64,000 nt of DNA from Nemertoderma westbladi (taxonomy: Eukaryota > Animalia > Xenacoelomorpha), in assembly GCA_032718475.1 (NCBI GenBank), contig JAUCBJ010009134.1, forward strand, positions 1-64,000, in the 5' to 3' direction. The notes beneath the pieces were generated by a model, which worked only from the letters and a program-made list of their open reading frames with translations, searched no databases and had not been told where the DNA came from. The position numbers and the translations under genes are program-made. Shown in pieces: positions 49,245-60,702 of this stretch. The number at the start of each line of letters is the position of its first letter. Position 1 is the first letter of the stretch.

Positions 49245-49800
49245 AGCAAAACTGACCAAAAGTTCTGGTTAAATGAACAACTTACTATAACATACCGGAC
49301 ACCGGTATGTCATAGGCATCTATTTTCAATATGCCACATTACTCTATATACTTTGCCAATTAATTATATGTAGTTCTGTACATGCTTGCAAGAAATTACA
49401 ACTATTTCTTTTACATTCGAGCGTTCCAACGTCACTTTTTCTAAAGACCGCAAAAGCGCTAAGATAGTCCAAAATGTGCCAAAAAGTTGAAAAATATAAG
49501 TCGAGTATGACAGATGATCCCCTTGACAGATCTCGATCACATTTGGCTGAATTTCATTTGACATATAGGTCCGTATTTTCCCACACTTCCAAGGGGGTAT
49601 GTCAAAAATTACATTTTTCACTCCACCCTACTATATAGTCTAATAGTAGGCCTACATCTACAAAGTACAGAAATGCAACAAACAAACTACTGAATTAGCT
49701 GTAACTGTAAGCCAAACTGTCTGTCAAATACACTAACTGTCCCAAATTTGAACATGCTGTCCCGAATTTGACCTGACCCGAATTTGAATAGTTTACCCTA

Positions 49801-50558
49801 CTGCTATAGCCTAATGTATGAAATTAACAAAAACTGATAAAATAATATAAAAAAGCCAGTACCGGTACCGTATATAATAAATCAAAGCTTAGCTTATTAG
49901 ACATATTACACAGTATTGGGCGACAGGAAAGTACCGTACTTAAACTGTAGTTAATAATTTTTATAGCCCTGTAGCCTACAGGTACTACTTATATTGATAT
50001 ATTACTATTATACATAATATATTCAGTATTAGGCCTATAGGCAGATATGCCCTACAGCCCTAAGTTAATATGGCAGTATGGTAGGCCTATATAATAGGGC
50101 AGTGCGTTTTTCACTTCTTTTTCGATTTTAGTGTTCTACTGATCCGCAGAAGTTGCCAAATAAAATTAAGGCCAAATAAATTTCAACAATATCTTGACGG
50201 ATCCCAAGCAGCCAAGCAGCCGAGGGGGGTTTTAAACACACTTTGGGCAAATGTGTACAACACGCACATTTCACTCAATGAGTATAAATAGTTACTGTGT
50301 TTTTAGTGTGGAAATTGTGCGGTATTTTCGCCTGATGATGCCCTTCAAAATAAATGCGTCAATCCCACATTAATTATACACTTATCCGCATAATTTACGC
50401 ATTCCGCGTGCGATCTGCATGCGTTCCGCACTTTCTTGACACACTGGGAAAGTAGGTCAGTAGGTCCACATGTTAAACTAACTGGAATTGGTGGTGGTGG
50501 TGGACAGGTAGTACGTGGCCATGTTGGCAATCCCAAGCTGCCTATTATTAATTAAACC
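49801..50558 (+). repeat. Repeat block, inverted copy of 63021-63932; contains a hAT-like end (TAGGGCAGTGCG at 50095)
   Basis: 49812-50228 matches the reverse complement of 63520-63926, and 50449-50558 matches that of 63021-63120. Confidence 0.9.
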
Positions 50559-50689
50559 TATTGTACTATTGTACTAAGACTGTACAGTCGGGGACTGTAC
50601 AGTCTTAGTACAATAGTACTGTCGCATTGTGTGTGTAGGCTTACACCAGTACCGTCTATTGACATATTCCATTCACTGGACTGCAGTAT

Positions 50690-51521
50690 TTATGGATCAG
50701 CAGCAGCAGCGTCTTGCTGTACTGGTTCATTCACCTGAGCCTGAGGTGCCGGTATGACCAGCTGCGGCTGTTCGAGATTAACTCCACAGCCTGGGACGAT
50801 GGCTTGGCGGTGGTATTACGGATTACCGATGTCGACTGCGCGGGTTGGTTGGAGAAGGGCGATGTCTGTATGTGTAGTTCGTTCACCACTTTCGAAGTTT
50901 CCTCCTTCTTTTTGCTGGCGACTTGAACCAACCCGCCGCAGTCCAACCACCGTCCTGCCGTCGACGTTAACTCTTCCTACAATGTCCCTTACAGCCGCCC
51001 TCAGACCCTGTTGAATAATAAGGGACGCGGGAAGTTCGAGGGATGGTTGAGAAACAAATAACTTCGCCATCGCCCAGCTGGTATACTCATTCCCGATATC
51101 GATGGCATCATTATCGGGTATAATTCTCACTGAAACTGACCACCTATCCTGCGGAGGTTTCTCTACGCAGACGCAGGGTTTATTGGGTGGCGACGGTCTC
51201 AGAGGTAATCGTTAGTTGGAGGTTGTGAATTCGAAACTGGTGGTATCTGACCTGTCCGTGGAGGGAGAGATCGAAGGAGCCTGGGACCGACCGCCTGGGT
51301 GGTTGGTTGGAACGGGAACCGGACCGGACGTTCACTATGGGGTTCTCTAACTCGTTGGAGAGGAACTTCTCCAGTATGACGGGCTCCAGTACACCGACCA
51401 CCGTCCCGATAGAGAGCTTGGCGTACTGGAGGTACCGTCACGACATCGCAACCGACTCCACTAACACAACGAAAATGAAGCACAGGGACTCCGAGATGTC
51501 GCCGAGGACCAGCCTGGAAAA
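50690..51521 (-). pseudogene. GC-rich coding-like fragment of unknown family
   Basis: A minus-strand acceptor-like ttttccag precedes a frame with strongly G/C-ending codons (LVLGDISESLCF...LEPVILEKFLSNELENPIVNV); internal stops. Confidence 0.35.
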
Positions 51522-51859
51522 TGTTTGCAAAAATTAAAACGCGTTGTGCGCGGTAAAATAATGGGTGCGCGTGCTCATGCGCAGAAAAGGCCAAAAACGT
51601 GCGCCGTGCGCCCACAGAGCAAGCCACATGTGCGCGCTTGCGCACACATGGCATATGTGTACGCGCTTGCGCGCACATGGCGTGTGTGTGCGCGCTCTTG
51701 CGCGCCAAAAATTTTCCTGTTTTCTGCACATATGCTGAAAACATATGTAAGTACGGAAATTTTAATTGACATATGTATTGTCTTGTATGTATTTATGTTG
51801 TCATATGCATTCGTGGCAGGTTATTTCAACTATTTCGTTTTCGATTTCCATACTTACAT

Positions 51860-52750
51860 ATTGTTCGCGCTTTCAGACCTTTAGCAGTTTAACCTGCCAA
51901 TTTTAGGTGTCCTCTTGTTTATAAATCGACTTTAGCCTATAACAATTATTTAATGCACAAGAAGTAACATTAGCCAAAGCCAGTCTATGCGCGATCATTC
52001 ACCCACTGTTAAGAGAGACTGGATTCGGGTGCTTTGAAGTTATTGCATTGCAGACCTACTGTATTATTCGATTGATCGTTACTATATAATCTCTGACAAT
52101 ATTATTCACTTTCGGGGAAATATTAACAGTTCCTTTGGGACGTGGCGCTTTAAGTATAAAACAGAGTTATGGCTTATACTAAACACAACGAGATGGCTAC
52201 TGATTTTCGTAAATAGCGCATTCTTTAGGAGATGCTTTATTATCTGTCACACTGCTGCATACGATTTCACACTGCTGCACACTGATCTGCTGACCGTCAC
52301 TGAATTTGACCATATATAAGGAGGATAGCAACTGACACATGTAGGGATTATGAAATAGCTTTTCATTCACACTAAAACCACTGTAAAGTAAGTCGCAATT
52401 GCTACCGGTAACAGGTCCCTCTTACCTTCAGTAATCAAGAAGATTGGGGTTTTATGATTATTTATCGGTATTCTCCAAATATAACAACATATCCATCAAC
52501 ATATAACAATTAATAACAGACAGTAAACAGAAGTAAAATAATGTGGTGATAGCCAGCCAGTATCGGTAATACCGGTACCGCAGGTGCCAAGTGACCAGTT
52601 GTTATGATTTGTTGCACAGTTGCGCAGTGCAGAGATAATAGATTTATGTTCTTATAATCAAAGCTGTCTAATGTTGGCCAAAGTCTGAAACTTCCAACAC
52701 AAGTACAGAATAATTTCCAAGCAGTTGTTCTCGCTCAGAAAGGTAAACAC
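51860..52750 (+). repeat. Dispersed repeat, inverted copy of 1082-1980
   Basis: Direct sequence match by eye to the reverse complement of 1082-1980. Confidence 0.9.
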
Positions 52751-53629
52751 AAAGGTAAACTCGTATTGCCCTTAGTGCGTAATGACATACTTTATGAATG
52801 CCCCCTTATGCGAAAGCCACCTCGTGGAGGGGTGAAGGGACCTTTCTTTATTCAGTGCAATAATTAATCTATTTCCAATTCAGTACAATAAGATAAATTT
52901 CACAGCGTCTAGATAAAAATTTATCCCTCTCCAGGGGAAATTTGACGCAAATTACAGCTGTTAACTCTCAAAAACAAAACTGTAACCTATTCTATTGTGT
53001 TTAGTTTATTGTTTTGGTTAAAATAACGTGCTACTGTAACCTGCTCCTTTCCATAAATTGAGAATTTAACATGGGGATCAGGGGGATTTAACAGGCGGGA
53101 TATTAATTTGCCAAGGCGGGTTTTGCGTCGAGTTTCCCCCTCCCTCCCCCCTGTCTTTATTTTGGAGTATGATGTACCACGAGAATTTTCCCATTAACCT
53201 GTGTGTATCTTTCCGAAACAAAACCGAAAACAGTTGCTGATTGGATTGCTAATTTGGTAGTGAAATCATTCTATTGGCTAATCATCCATGAGAACTCTGT
53301 ATATAAAGCAGTTCCACATCATTGAACACTCATTCTTTGCATAGGACGACAATATTTGTTTTATTTTAGTATTCTGGCTTTTTCTATTGTTTTCAACCTC
53401 TACAATCTCACTGGATATTTCAACTGTCTTTTGTATTCTCCTGGAGTGCTATCTGATAAGCCATTTTGTTATTTGATATCATTACTCAACCAAAACGGCC
53501 CTTCTAAGGGCCATTATTCCAACCTATTTCTATTTTATTTACTCTATATAACCAAAACGGTCTTTGTATGGGCCATATTTCCAAATAATAATTTTTTATT
53601 TGCTCAGTTTAATGCCAAACAATTGCATT

Positions 53630-54485
53630 TAAATTATGCCTCGAAGTTTGAGCTTTCAAAAGACTAATAGATCCTTTCACGGTAATCGTTTCACTAGATG
53701 TTTTACACCCACTATACAGTCTGCATCATCAAAAAAACTATCTATTAGTTTAGCCCAGGATAGTGAAACTTCTAGGACTGGTTTTCATCTGATAGACTGT
53801 GAGCTGCTGAGCAGTTGCCTGAAAGAAATATTGTGTTGCTAGCACTGCTCCAGCAAAAATATATCCATAGAGACTGGGGAATCAACTGGCTTTACTGAAA
53901 TATTGGTATATTTCAGTAAAGTGTAACAATTGTTTCCAAAATGCCACCTGCAATGGTTCCCCAAAACTTCCACACTCTCTCAGTCATCATAGTCATCATT
54001 TATATCACCTAATACCTCTTGAATCTTGAGAAATCGCATTATATATGTTATATTTTACTCTTGGTCATTTTTTCTAAACTCCGAACTTTAAACTTGATTT
54101 ACTCGGAATCATGTTATCGCGAAGGATGGATTGCTCATGTATCTATATCTGAAGAACCCCTGAATGGTTTTGGCTGAAATTTTCTGTGTTGCTTCTGTGA
54201 ACGTTATGCATTAATTGGAACTAGAATTAACTTCTGGGTATCAGTTTTTGTTTAGTAGAGAAATTGCCTAAATTATGAATGGCAAAAAAATGGTTTCATG
54301 GATATCTAGAGAACCCTTCGTGTTATCTCACTGATTGTAGTTCTAAAGGAGATCATCTATCACAAACTATGTGGTGAAAATTTCAGACCAATTGGTCGAG
54401 CCATTCTTGAGATACAGGTACATGAAAATTGTTATTTTTAACTTATCGTCTAGGGCAGCGTATAATTATGGTCTGGTGCCCTTAA
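53630..54485 (+). mobile_element. Internally deleted Kolobok-type element (N-terminus of a 'Mutator-like' transposase plus terminal region ending at TTAA)
   Basis: MPR...FHGNRFT...SASSKKL...GFHLIDCELL...CC*HC; right end ...ggtctggtgccc-TTAA at 54481-54485. Confidence 0.6.
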
Positions 54486-54600
54486 GTACCTCAAGATTTT
54501 TATTCAGACTCCGTATATTACAGTGAAACATGGCAATGCTTGATTTAGAATTTTGTTGGATGGATGTTAAGTCATGGTAGTATTGGGTATCTAAGCCCTG
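54486..54600 (-). mobile_element. CR1/L2-type LINE endonuclease start fragment
   Basis: IAMFHCNIRSLNKN, cut at the TTAA site. Confidence 0.6.
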
Positions 54601-54994
54601 AACTGATTTCCAGTCCTGAACATGAGCAATATTTACGAAATCCGGGCATTTTTCCATCCCCTCACCCCCATCAATCCCACAAGGTCCTCTAGCAGTAATT
54701 CTATAGTTTAAACTTTATTTGGATAGTCCTATGTCACGAGTTTCTGATGACATTACGAAAAGAATGACCCTATCGTATTGCATACATTTTTTCAACTTAA
54801 TGCAGAAATTGCTGCTCAGGGATCTTACTACCGATGATATGTTTGAAACTGATAACATAGTGAATACTTTCGCGCTCATGAAGGAGGAGAAGGTGTGTGG
54901 GGTAAAGTGAGACAGGCTACAACATTAAATATGTATCTGCAACGCCTGAATAGCTTTATGGATTTTTCAGTTATTAATAATGAGTTAAGACTGG

Positions 54995-55890
54995 AAAGGT
55001 CCCAAATTATAGCTGCAAGAACGACCCTGGATAAGTGCCCGGGGGTCCGCCCAATCGGCATCGGGGAGTGTTTACGGCGGATTCTCGGCCGATCCTTGGC
55101 CGAAGCGATGGGGGATGACGTAACCGCGACCTGTGGCGCCGAGCAGCTCTCCACCGGAATGTCAGCCGGCGTCGAGGCCGTCGTCCACACGATGGCGGAG
55201 TTGTTTGAGGACCACAAGGACGATGGCTGGGGAGTTCTCCTCGTCGACGCGTTCAACTCGATGAACCAGACGGCCGCGTTGTGGAACGCTCGTCAGCTGT
55301 GGCCCAGGTGCTCCCTGTTTTTGTTTAACTGCTACAGGGGGGCACAGTATGCTAATTATTAGAGGGACCAACATGGTTTTATTTAGTGAGGATGGAACCA
55401 CCCAGGGCGATCCCCTTGCAATGCTGGAGTACTCGACCGGTATACTCCCCCTCATTCACCACCTGAGAAAGCCCCCCCCCCCCCCCTCATTCAGAACTGG
55501 TTTTCCGACGATTCAGCGGCAGCTGGCAGACTCCTCCTGATCCTGGAATGGTTCAGGGAACTGAAACGTCATGGCCCCACCCTCGACTACTATCCGGAAC
55601 CCTCCAAGAGTTACCTCGTCGTGGCTCCACAGTACGAGGAGGAGGCTCAGAGTTTTCGCTGGCCAGGAGATAAACATAGTATCGGGTCACCGTTTCCTGG
55701 CGGGTATCTTGGTGGGACTGCAGAGCAATTGGGTTACGTTCAGGCCAAAGTTGCTGCGTGGGTCGCATCGGTTGATCGTCTCTCCGAGATGGCCGAGGCC
55801 CAACCCCAAGCCGCATTCGCTGCCATGGCTGGCTCCCTCCAACGGGAGTGGGCCTACCTCCAGCGCGTAACCCCAGACTGTGACGAGACT
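54995..55890 (+). mobile_element. CRE-clade non-LTR retrotransposon RT fragment
   Basis: LDKCPGVRPIGIGECLRR, AGVEAVVH, VDAFNS, GTTQGDPLAM, WFSDDSAAAG, YYPEPSKS, FPGGYLG; frameshifted and GC-rich. Confidence 0.88.
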
Positions 55891-56521
55891 TCAAAGCAGT
55901 ATTATTAAAAGTGAGAAAATGAATGGTTATTCTTACAAAGACATCCTGACAGTTGTATCGGCATTGAATGGGCACAAGGGAATGCGACACTTTCCTTCTA
56001 TCAGTTGATGGGTGATCCTACGAAATCATCAGATGACTTGCTGGTTCCCCAGCACAATAAGCTTTCGAGGAGTGGAACTATTCTGCCTACATCGCTTCCT
56101 GGAATGTTTGGAGTGGCAAACTCAATTGTAAAGCAAACTGTTACACCTAATTTATCTACTACATCCCAGTGTCAAGAAGCCGATAAAGAACATCATCCAA
56201 TTTTGCATCTGGAAAAAGGTTGGGCCTGGAATTTTATCATTACGGTCCCATTTATTACTGCACTATCCCGGAAGTCGGCAGCTTACGCTGGCTGTTCACT
56301 GGTTCTTTATGGATATGGCAACGTGTGACTCCGTCTAGGTCGCAATGCCAAAATGGGGCTGCCAATGCCAGCACTCGAAGCGAGATGGTAGAAGTTGCAG
56401 CAGGATCTCGAGGTGTAAGTGTCAGCGTCGAGGGCGGCCTTGCAACAACTGCATCAGGAAGGTGTGACAATCCATGGAATCCGGACAGCAGCTGGGCTTC
56501 CAAACGAATAATGTCGTCCCT

Positions 56522-57205
56522 ATTAGTTTCGTTCGGGTTTAGTTATTAGTTTAGTTCGGGGTTAGTTTTAAGTTCGTTTTAGTTTAGTTATTAATTAGTT
56601 TTAGTTTCGTTCGGGTTTAGTTATTAGTTTAGTTCGGGATTAGTTTTAAGTTCGTTTTAGTTTAGTTATTAATTAGTTTTAGTTTCGTTCGGGTTTAGTT
56701 ATTAGTTTAGTTCGGGGTTAGTTTTAAGTTCGTTTTAGTTTATTTATTAATTAGTTTTAGTTTCGTTCGAGTTTAGTTATTAGTTTATTTCGGGATTAGT
56801 TTTAAGTTCGTTTTAGTTTAGTTATTAATTAGTTTTAGTTTCGTTCGTGTTTAGTTATTAATTTAGTTCGGGATTATTTTTAAGTTTGTTTTAGTTTAGT
56901 TTTTAATTAGTTTTAGTTTCGTTCGGGTTTAGTTATTAGTTTAGTTCGGGATTAGTTTTAAGTTCGTTTTAGTTTAGTTATTAATTAGTTTTAGTTTCGT
57001 TCGGGTTTAGTTATTAGTTTAGTTCGGGATTAGTTTTAAGTTCGTTTTAGTTTAGTTATTAATTAGTTTTAGTTAGGTTTAGTTCGGGTTTAGTTACAGT
57101 ATTAGTTTAGTTCGGGTTTAGTTTAAGTTCGTTTTCATATAGTTTCGGTTTAGTTATTATTTTAGTACGGGTTTAGTTATTAGTTTAGTTCGGGATTAGC
57201 TATTA
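56522..57205. repeat. Minisatellite, 78-bp period, ~7 full copies plus a degenerate tail
   Basis: tttcgttcg(g)gtttagttattagtttagttcggg recurs at 56527, 56605, 56683, 56761, 56839, 56917 and 56995. Confidence 0.95.
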
Positions 57206-57619
57206 TTTAGTTTTAATCTACTGTACCAATCAACGTGCTACCGTTTGTGCGTTTACATAATTCAGAAATTATACATTTTTAATTTATTGTAAAATATTGT
57301 TTTATTTTCAAACTACGTAGGCCTGTATATATAGACTACTATGTATAGAGACAGGTTTACATATTTTTATCCATTTATGGATGCCACAATATAAACTGGG
57401 GGGGGGGGGGGGGGGGGGGGGTAGGGAGCTTTTATAAGTGGTTTGGGTTGGGCACCTACAGAATAAGTCAATGTTTTCTGAAAAATGTTTACCACCGACC
57501 AATTTATTAATGAGATAAAATTATTGGGAACAACTCAAATTTTGAGTTCGGTGGATAAAATATATAAAGTTATCTAAAAACTCATAGCTGTGAACGTGAA
57601 ACTCACAGGAGGCAACCAG

Positions 57620-57835
57620 AAGACTCATCAAACTTGGCTGTTTTCTGTAAGGCAGAGAAGGCACCACACTTACTCCCAATGTTAAATACTCATCAATAGC
57701 CAACCTCTTTCTTTACTCCCCCCAGATTCCAGATACCGCTGTACTAACGTACCAGTTACGAAATTTAAACTGATTCAGTCCGGGTTCGAACTCTGGATCT
57801 CTGATATAGAAGAGAATAGAGTAACTCCTCCACAA
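57620..57835 (-). mobile_element. Old tRNA-derived SINE copy
   Basis: B box gttcgaacccgg on the minus strand; body homologous to 58105-58335. Confidence 0.6.
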
Positions 57836-58104
57836 TCTAGACAGATTCCAGATATGCAGTTAAATGGAGCAATAATGTTGTGTGTGATTATCTGGCGGCG
57901 ATGTGCTGCCTACGGCAAGTATTGAATCAATAAATTATGGTTGGGGTTATTTAATACCTGGCGGCAACATACTCCACAGCAAGTCCAATTATTGTAACAT
58001 TATATATAGAGTATGTAGTCGGGGTAATATGTATCGAAGTTAGATTCTATACGGAAGTATAAGATTAATAAATATGGTATCCCTATATTCATCTAGTAAA
58101 CCCT

Positions 58105-58335
58105 TCACCATGGCGACCTGTAATTGACACCTTTGATCTCCTGCTTGGAGGTCCCCTGTTCCATCCCGGGTCAGGTCAGTTACAATTACGTAACTGGAAA
58201 GTCGAAGCAGCGACAAGGGAACCTGGGATCCTTGGGGACTGAAGAATGGGGTTGGATGGTGAGAGTATTCAACTTTGGGAGTTAGTGTGGCGACCTCTCT
58301 AATTGTCTAACTGCCAAGGGAGAGATGTCTCCAAC
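58105..58335 (+). mobile_element. Old tRNA-derived SINE copy (same family as 57620-57835, divergent orientation)
   Basis: Degenerate B box gttccatcccgg; shared blocks cgtaactgg and gagtatt.aac.ttgggagt.agtgtgg. Confidence 0.6.
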
Positions 58336-58562
58336 CCTTTCATATTTTTTCGTCGTTTGATTTCTTATTATTGCCAGTTATTGATAAAAACGTCGATATA
58401 CTTTGTGAATTAATTAACTAATTTTCAGCCGGAATAAAAATTAATAATAATGTATCAAAAATGCTAAAGAAACCAATAAATAATATTGTTGTAACTAGAA
58501 ATAACAATTCGGGTTTACGTTCAGCGCTGTTGCAACTCAGTTATTATACTACAAGTTAATCT

Positions 58563-58905
58563 TAATGTTTATTTTGTTTATGTTTGTTTGTAAATGTAAC
58601 GGATATATTTGATTAAAGTTTAATCTGAAAATGAATTGGTTTATTTTGTTTCATTTATATGAAGATAAATTATACGAAATAATTGTCATGGAGACAATAG
58701 AAGCGTTTTTTTTTTATCTATAATATCTTGTATTTCTTAATGTTATATTTTGTTTATGTTTGTTTGTAAATGTAACTGATATATTTGATTAAAGTTTAAT
58801 CTGAAAATGAATTGGTTTATTTAGTTTCATTTATACGAAGATAAATTATACGAAATAATTGTCAAGGAGACCATAGAATCGTTTTTTTTTATCTATAATA
58901 TCTTT
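58563..58905. repeat. Tandem duplication, ~176 bp x2
   Basis: attttgtttatgtttgtttgtaaatgtaac...ttttatctataatatctt occurs twice. Confidence 0.92.
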
Positions 58906-59225
58906 TTAACCTTTTCGGTTAAACAGCATCTGTAATGATAAGATATATATATATATGCTTGCTCGAGATATGTCGTCTGCATTGATAGGTTGTTTAGTTT
59001 CTAAACTCAATCTCGACTATTTCAATAATTTGTGACTCATTCATGGGGATAGGTCTAATTAAGGACAATACTGTTGTATTGAGGACAACAGTCAAAAAGA
59101 CCTACCAACGGTCAGAAAAACTCACCAACAGTTAGAAAACAGTCCCAGATAGTCTACCAACAGTCATGGGCTTCAAAAAATTCAGCTTATCTAAATGGGG
59201 TTCCCTAAAATCGAAATAATCAAAA

Positions 59226-60702
59226 TCATATCAGCTGAAATTACTTCATTCTGTACTGTACTGTACAGCAGTAGGCCTACCGAACCGATACAGTTGTTAT
59301 CACAGTAGGCTATTATTACTGGTATGGAATCCGGGAATGGCAAGGACGATGTTGGTCTTTTTTTTTTTTTTTCGGGGAGGTATCTCAGTATATTTATTAT
59401 TAAAACTAGTAAAAACAGCTGATACACATCAGATCGCATAGCAACCACCACCAACAACCAGACAAATATACACTGTTAAATTAGTACTACAGTTAGTATA
59501 TGATACTGTCTGACTGTCCTCCAAACTTGGAGGGTTGTTATCCACAGCCGCCTACGCCGGGTTGCAGTCAGCATTGCTGTGGATGATCGACTCCACATCG
59601 CACCGAACCGGACGCCGCTTAGCTGATTGGCAGCCGCGAAGGCACAGGAGGGCTGACCGCAAAAGGGTGAAACTCAACCTCCTGCGAACCCACACAACAC
59701 ACTCTGAATAGTGGACCTCGCGTATGTCTGCCAGTTTCAATGCGAGACGCTTGATAAACTGTGTGGCTGACGGTAAAGCTCCACCAAACGCAGAGAATAT
59801 AAGGGGAGTGAAGCTGGCGTGCTCCACCTCCCTCAACTGCTCTTCGTATTTGAGCCTCTTGCGAGACTCGTGGTGTAGGTGAGATGCCGGAAGAGACATC
59901 GCGGCGTTGGTGTCCGCCAGCAGGTTGAAGACAGACACGTCAATGAACGTTTTCCGGAAATGGTTTCCCCAGAATCCGCTCACCGACACATCCAGCCTCG
60001 CCTGCTGGTCCGTCGAAGTCAACCGATGGCTGAACGTCTCGCCCGATAGTGGCTGCAGAAGCAGTTCCACCCCGACGATGGACGATGTTGGTCTAGTTTA
60101 GTTTGTGGTACTGACACAAGTCAAAGCACTGAGAATTAAATTGCGACAGATGATTATTTGGTGTTGATGTAACAGATGACACTTCTTAATATATGGCTGC
60201 GACTGTACTGGTGGCGGTCATTGGTACTGCTACAGAGGTAGGGTAGAATAAAAGGGATCTGTACCCCCAAACTGGTAATGGACAAAGTTCTTTCTGTCTT
60301 TCAGAGTGAATACATTTCCATGGGATACATTTCCACAAACTGGTATATTATCCAAGTTGACAGATGCCATTTTTTCTTCTACCCTACCGGTACTGATGGC
60401 TGCCACCGGTACAGCAGTACGTGTACAGTCGCGGCCATACTGCCATATATTAACAGTCGTCTGTCACATCAACACCAAATAACAGTCTGTCGCAATTTAA
60501 TCCTCAGTGTTTTGACTTGTGTTGGTACAGCAAATTAAACTAGACCAACGTTGTCCTTGCCATTCCCGGATTCCATACAGCCATACTGGTAATTATAGCC
60601 TACCAGTACCATGATAACAATAACTGTATAATAACTCGGTAGGCCTACTGCTGCATGGTACAGTACAGAACAACGTAATTTCCTTAGTTACAGCTGATAT
60701 GA
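59226..60702. mobile_element. Foldback/MITE with ~280-bp inverted arms; left arm split by a CRE insertion
   Basis: Ends tcatatcagctg / cagctgatatga; 59226-59358 plus 60095-60230 is the reverse complement of ~60410-60702. Confidence 0.8.
59359..60079 (-). mobile_element. 5'-truncated CRE-clade retrotransposon (restriction-like endonuclease C-terminus) with poly(A) and a 15-bp TSD
   Basis: ARLDVSVSGFW...FIDVSV...HESRKRLKY...FTPLIFSAFGG...LLCLRG; poly(T) at 59358-59372; TSD ggacgatgttggtct at 59344-59358 and 60080-60094. Confidence 0.93.

Larger units (their letters stand above)
45956..49630 (+). mobile_element. Complete hATm-type DNA transposon (3675 bp)
   Basis: Termini TAGGGTGGAGTGAAAAATGTAATTTT at both ends, imperfect inverted similarity over ~255-270 bp, and an 8-bp TSD CTATATAG at 45948-45955 and 49631-49638. 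Confidence 0.95.
44873..49800 (-). mobile_element. pogo/Tigger-like transposon, 5' part (ORF from 45777), cut by Sola2 and split by the hATm insertion
   Basis: psq-HTH (SLREVALRYKVPKSTL), CENP-B HTH (RFKNNTPGYTWIRLFERRH), NLDEIG, SGWM...FETWF. Terminus TA-GGGTAAAC at 49800 with subterminal ccc(g/a)aatttga repeats. Confidence 0.85.

Noticed and set aside
51525-51884. Overlapping ORFs on both strands
   Set aside because: Produced by a GC-rich quasi-palindromic repeat.
54740-54770. Minimal hammerhead ribozyme (CTGATGA...GAAA)
   Set aside because: No credible stems II or III and no cleavage triplet; other CTGATGA hits, such as 50332, also lack the GAAA core.
56522-57205. CRISPR-like array
   Set aside because: Head-to-tail repeats with no unique spacers, no cas genes, and eukaryotic context.
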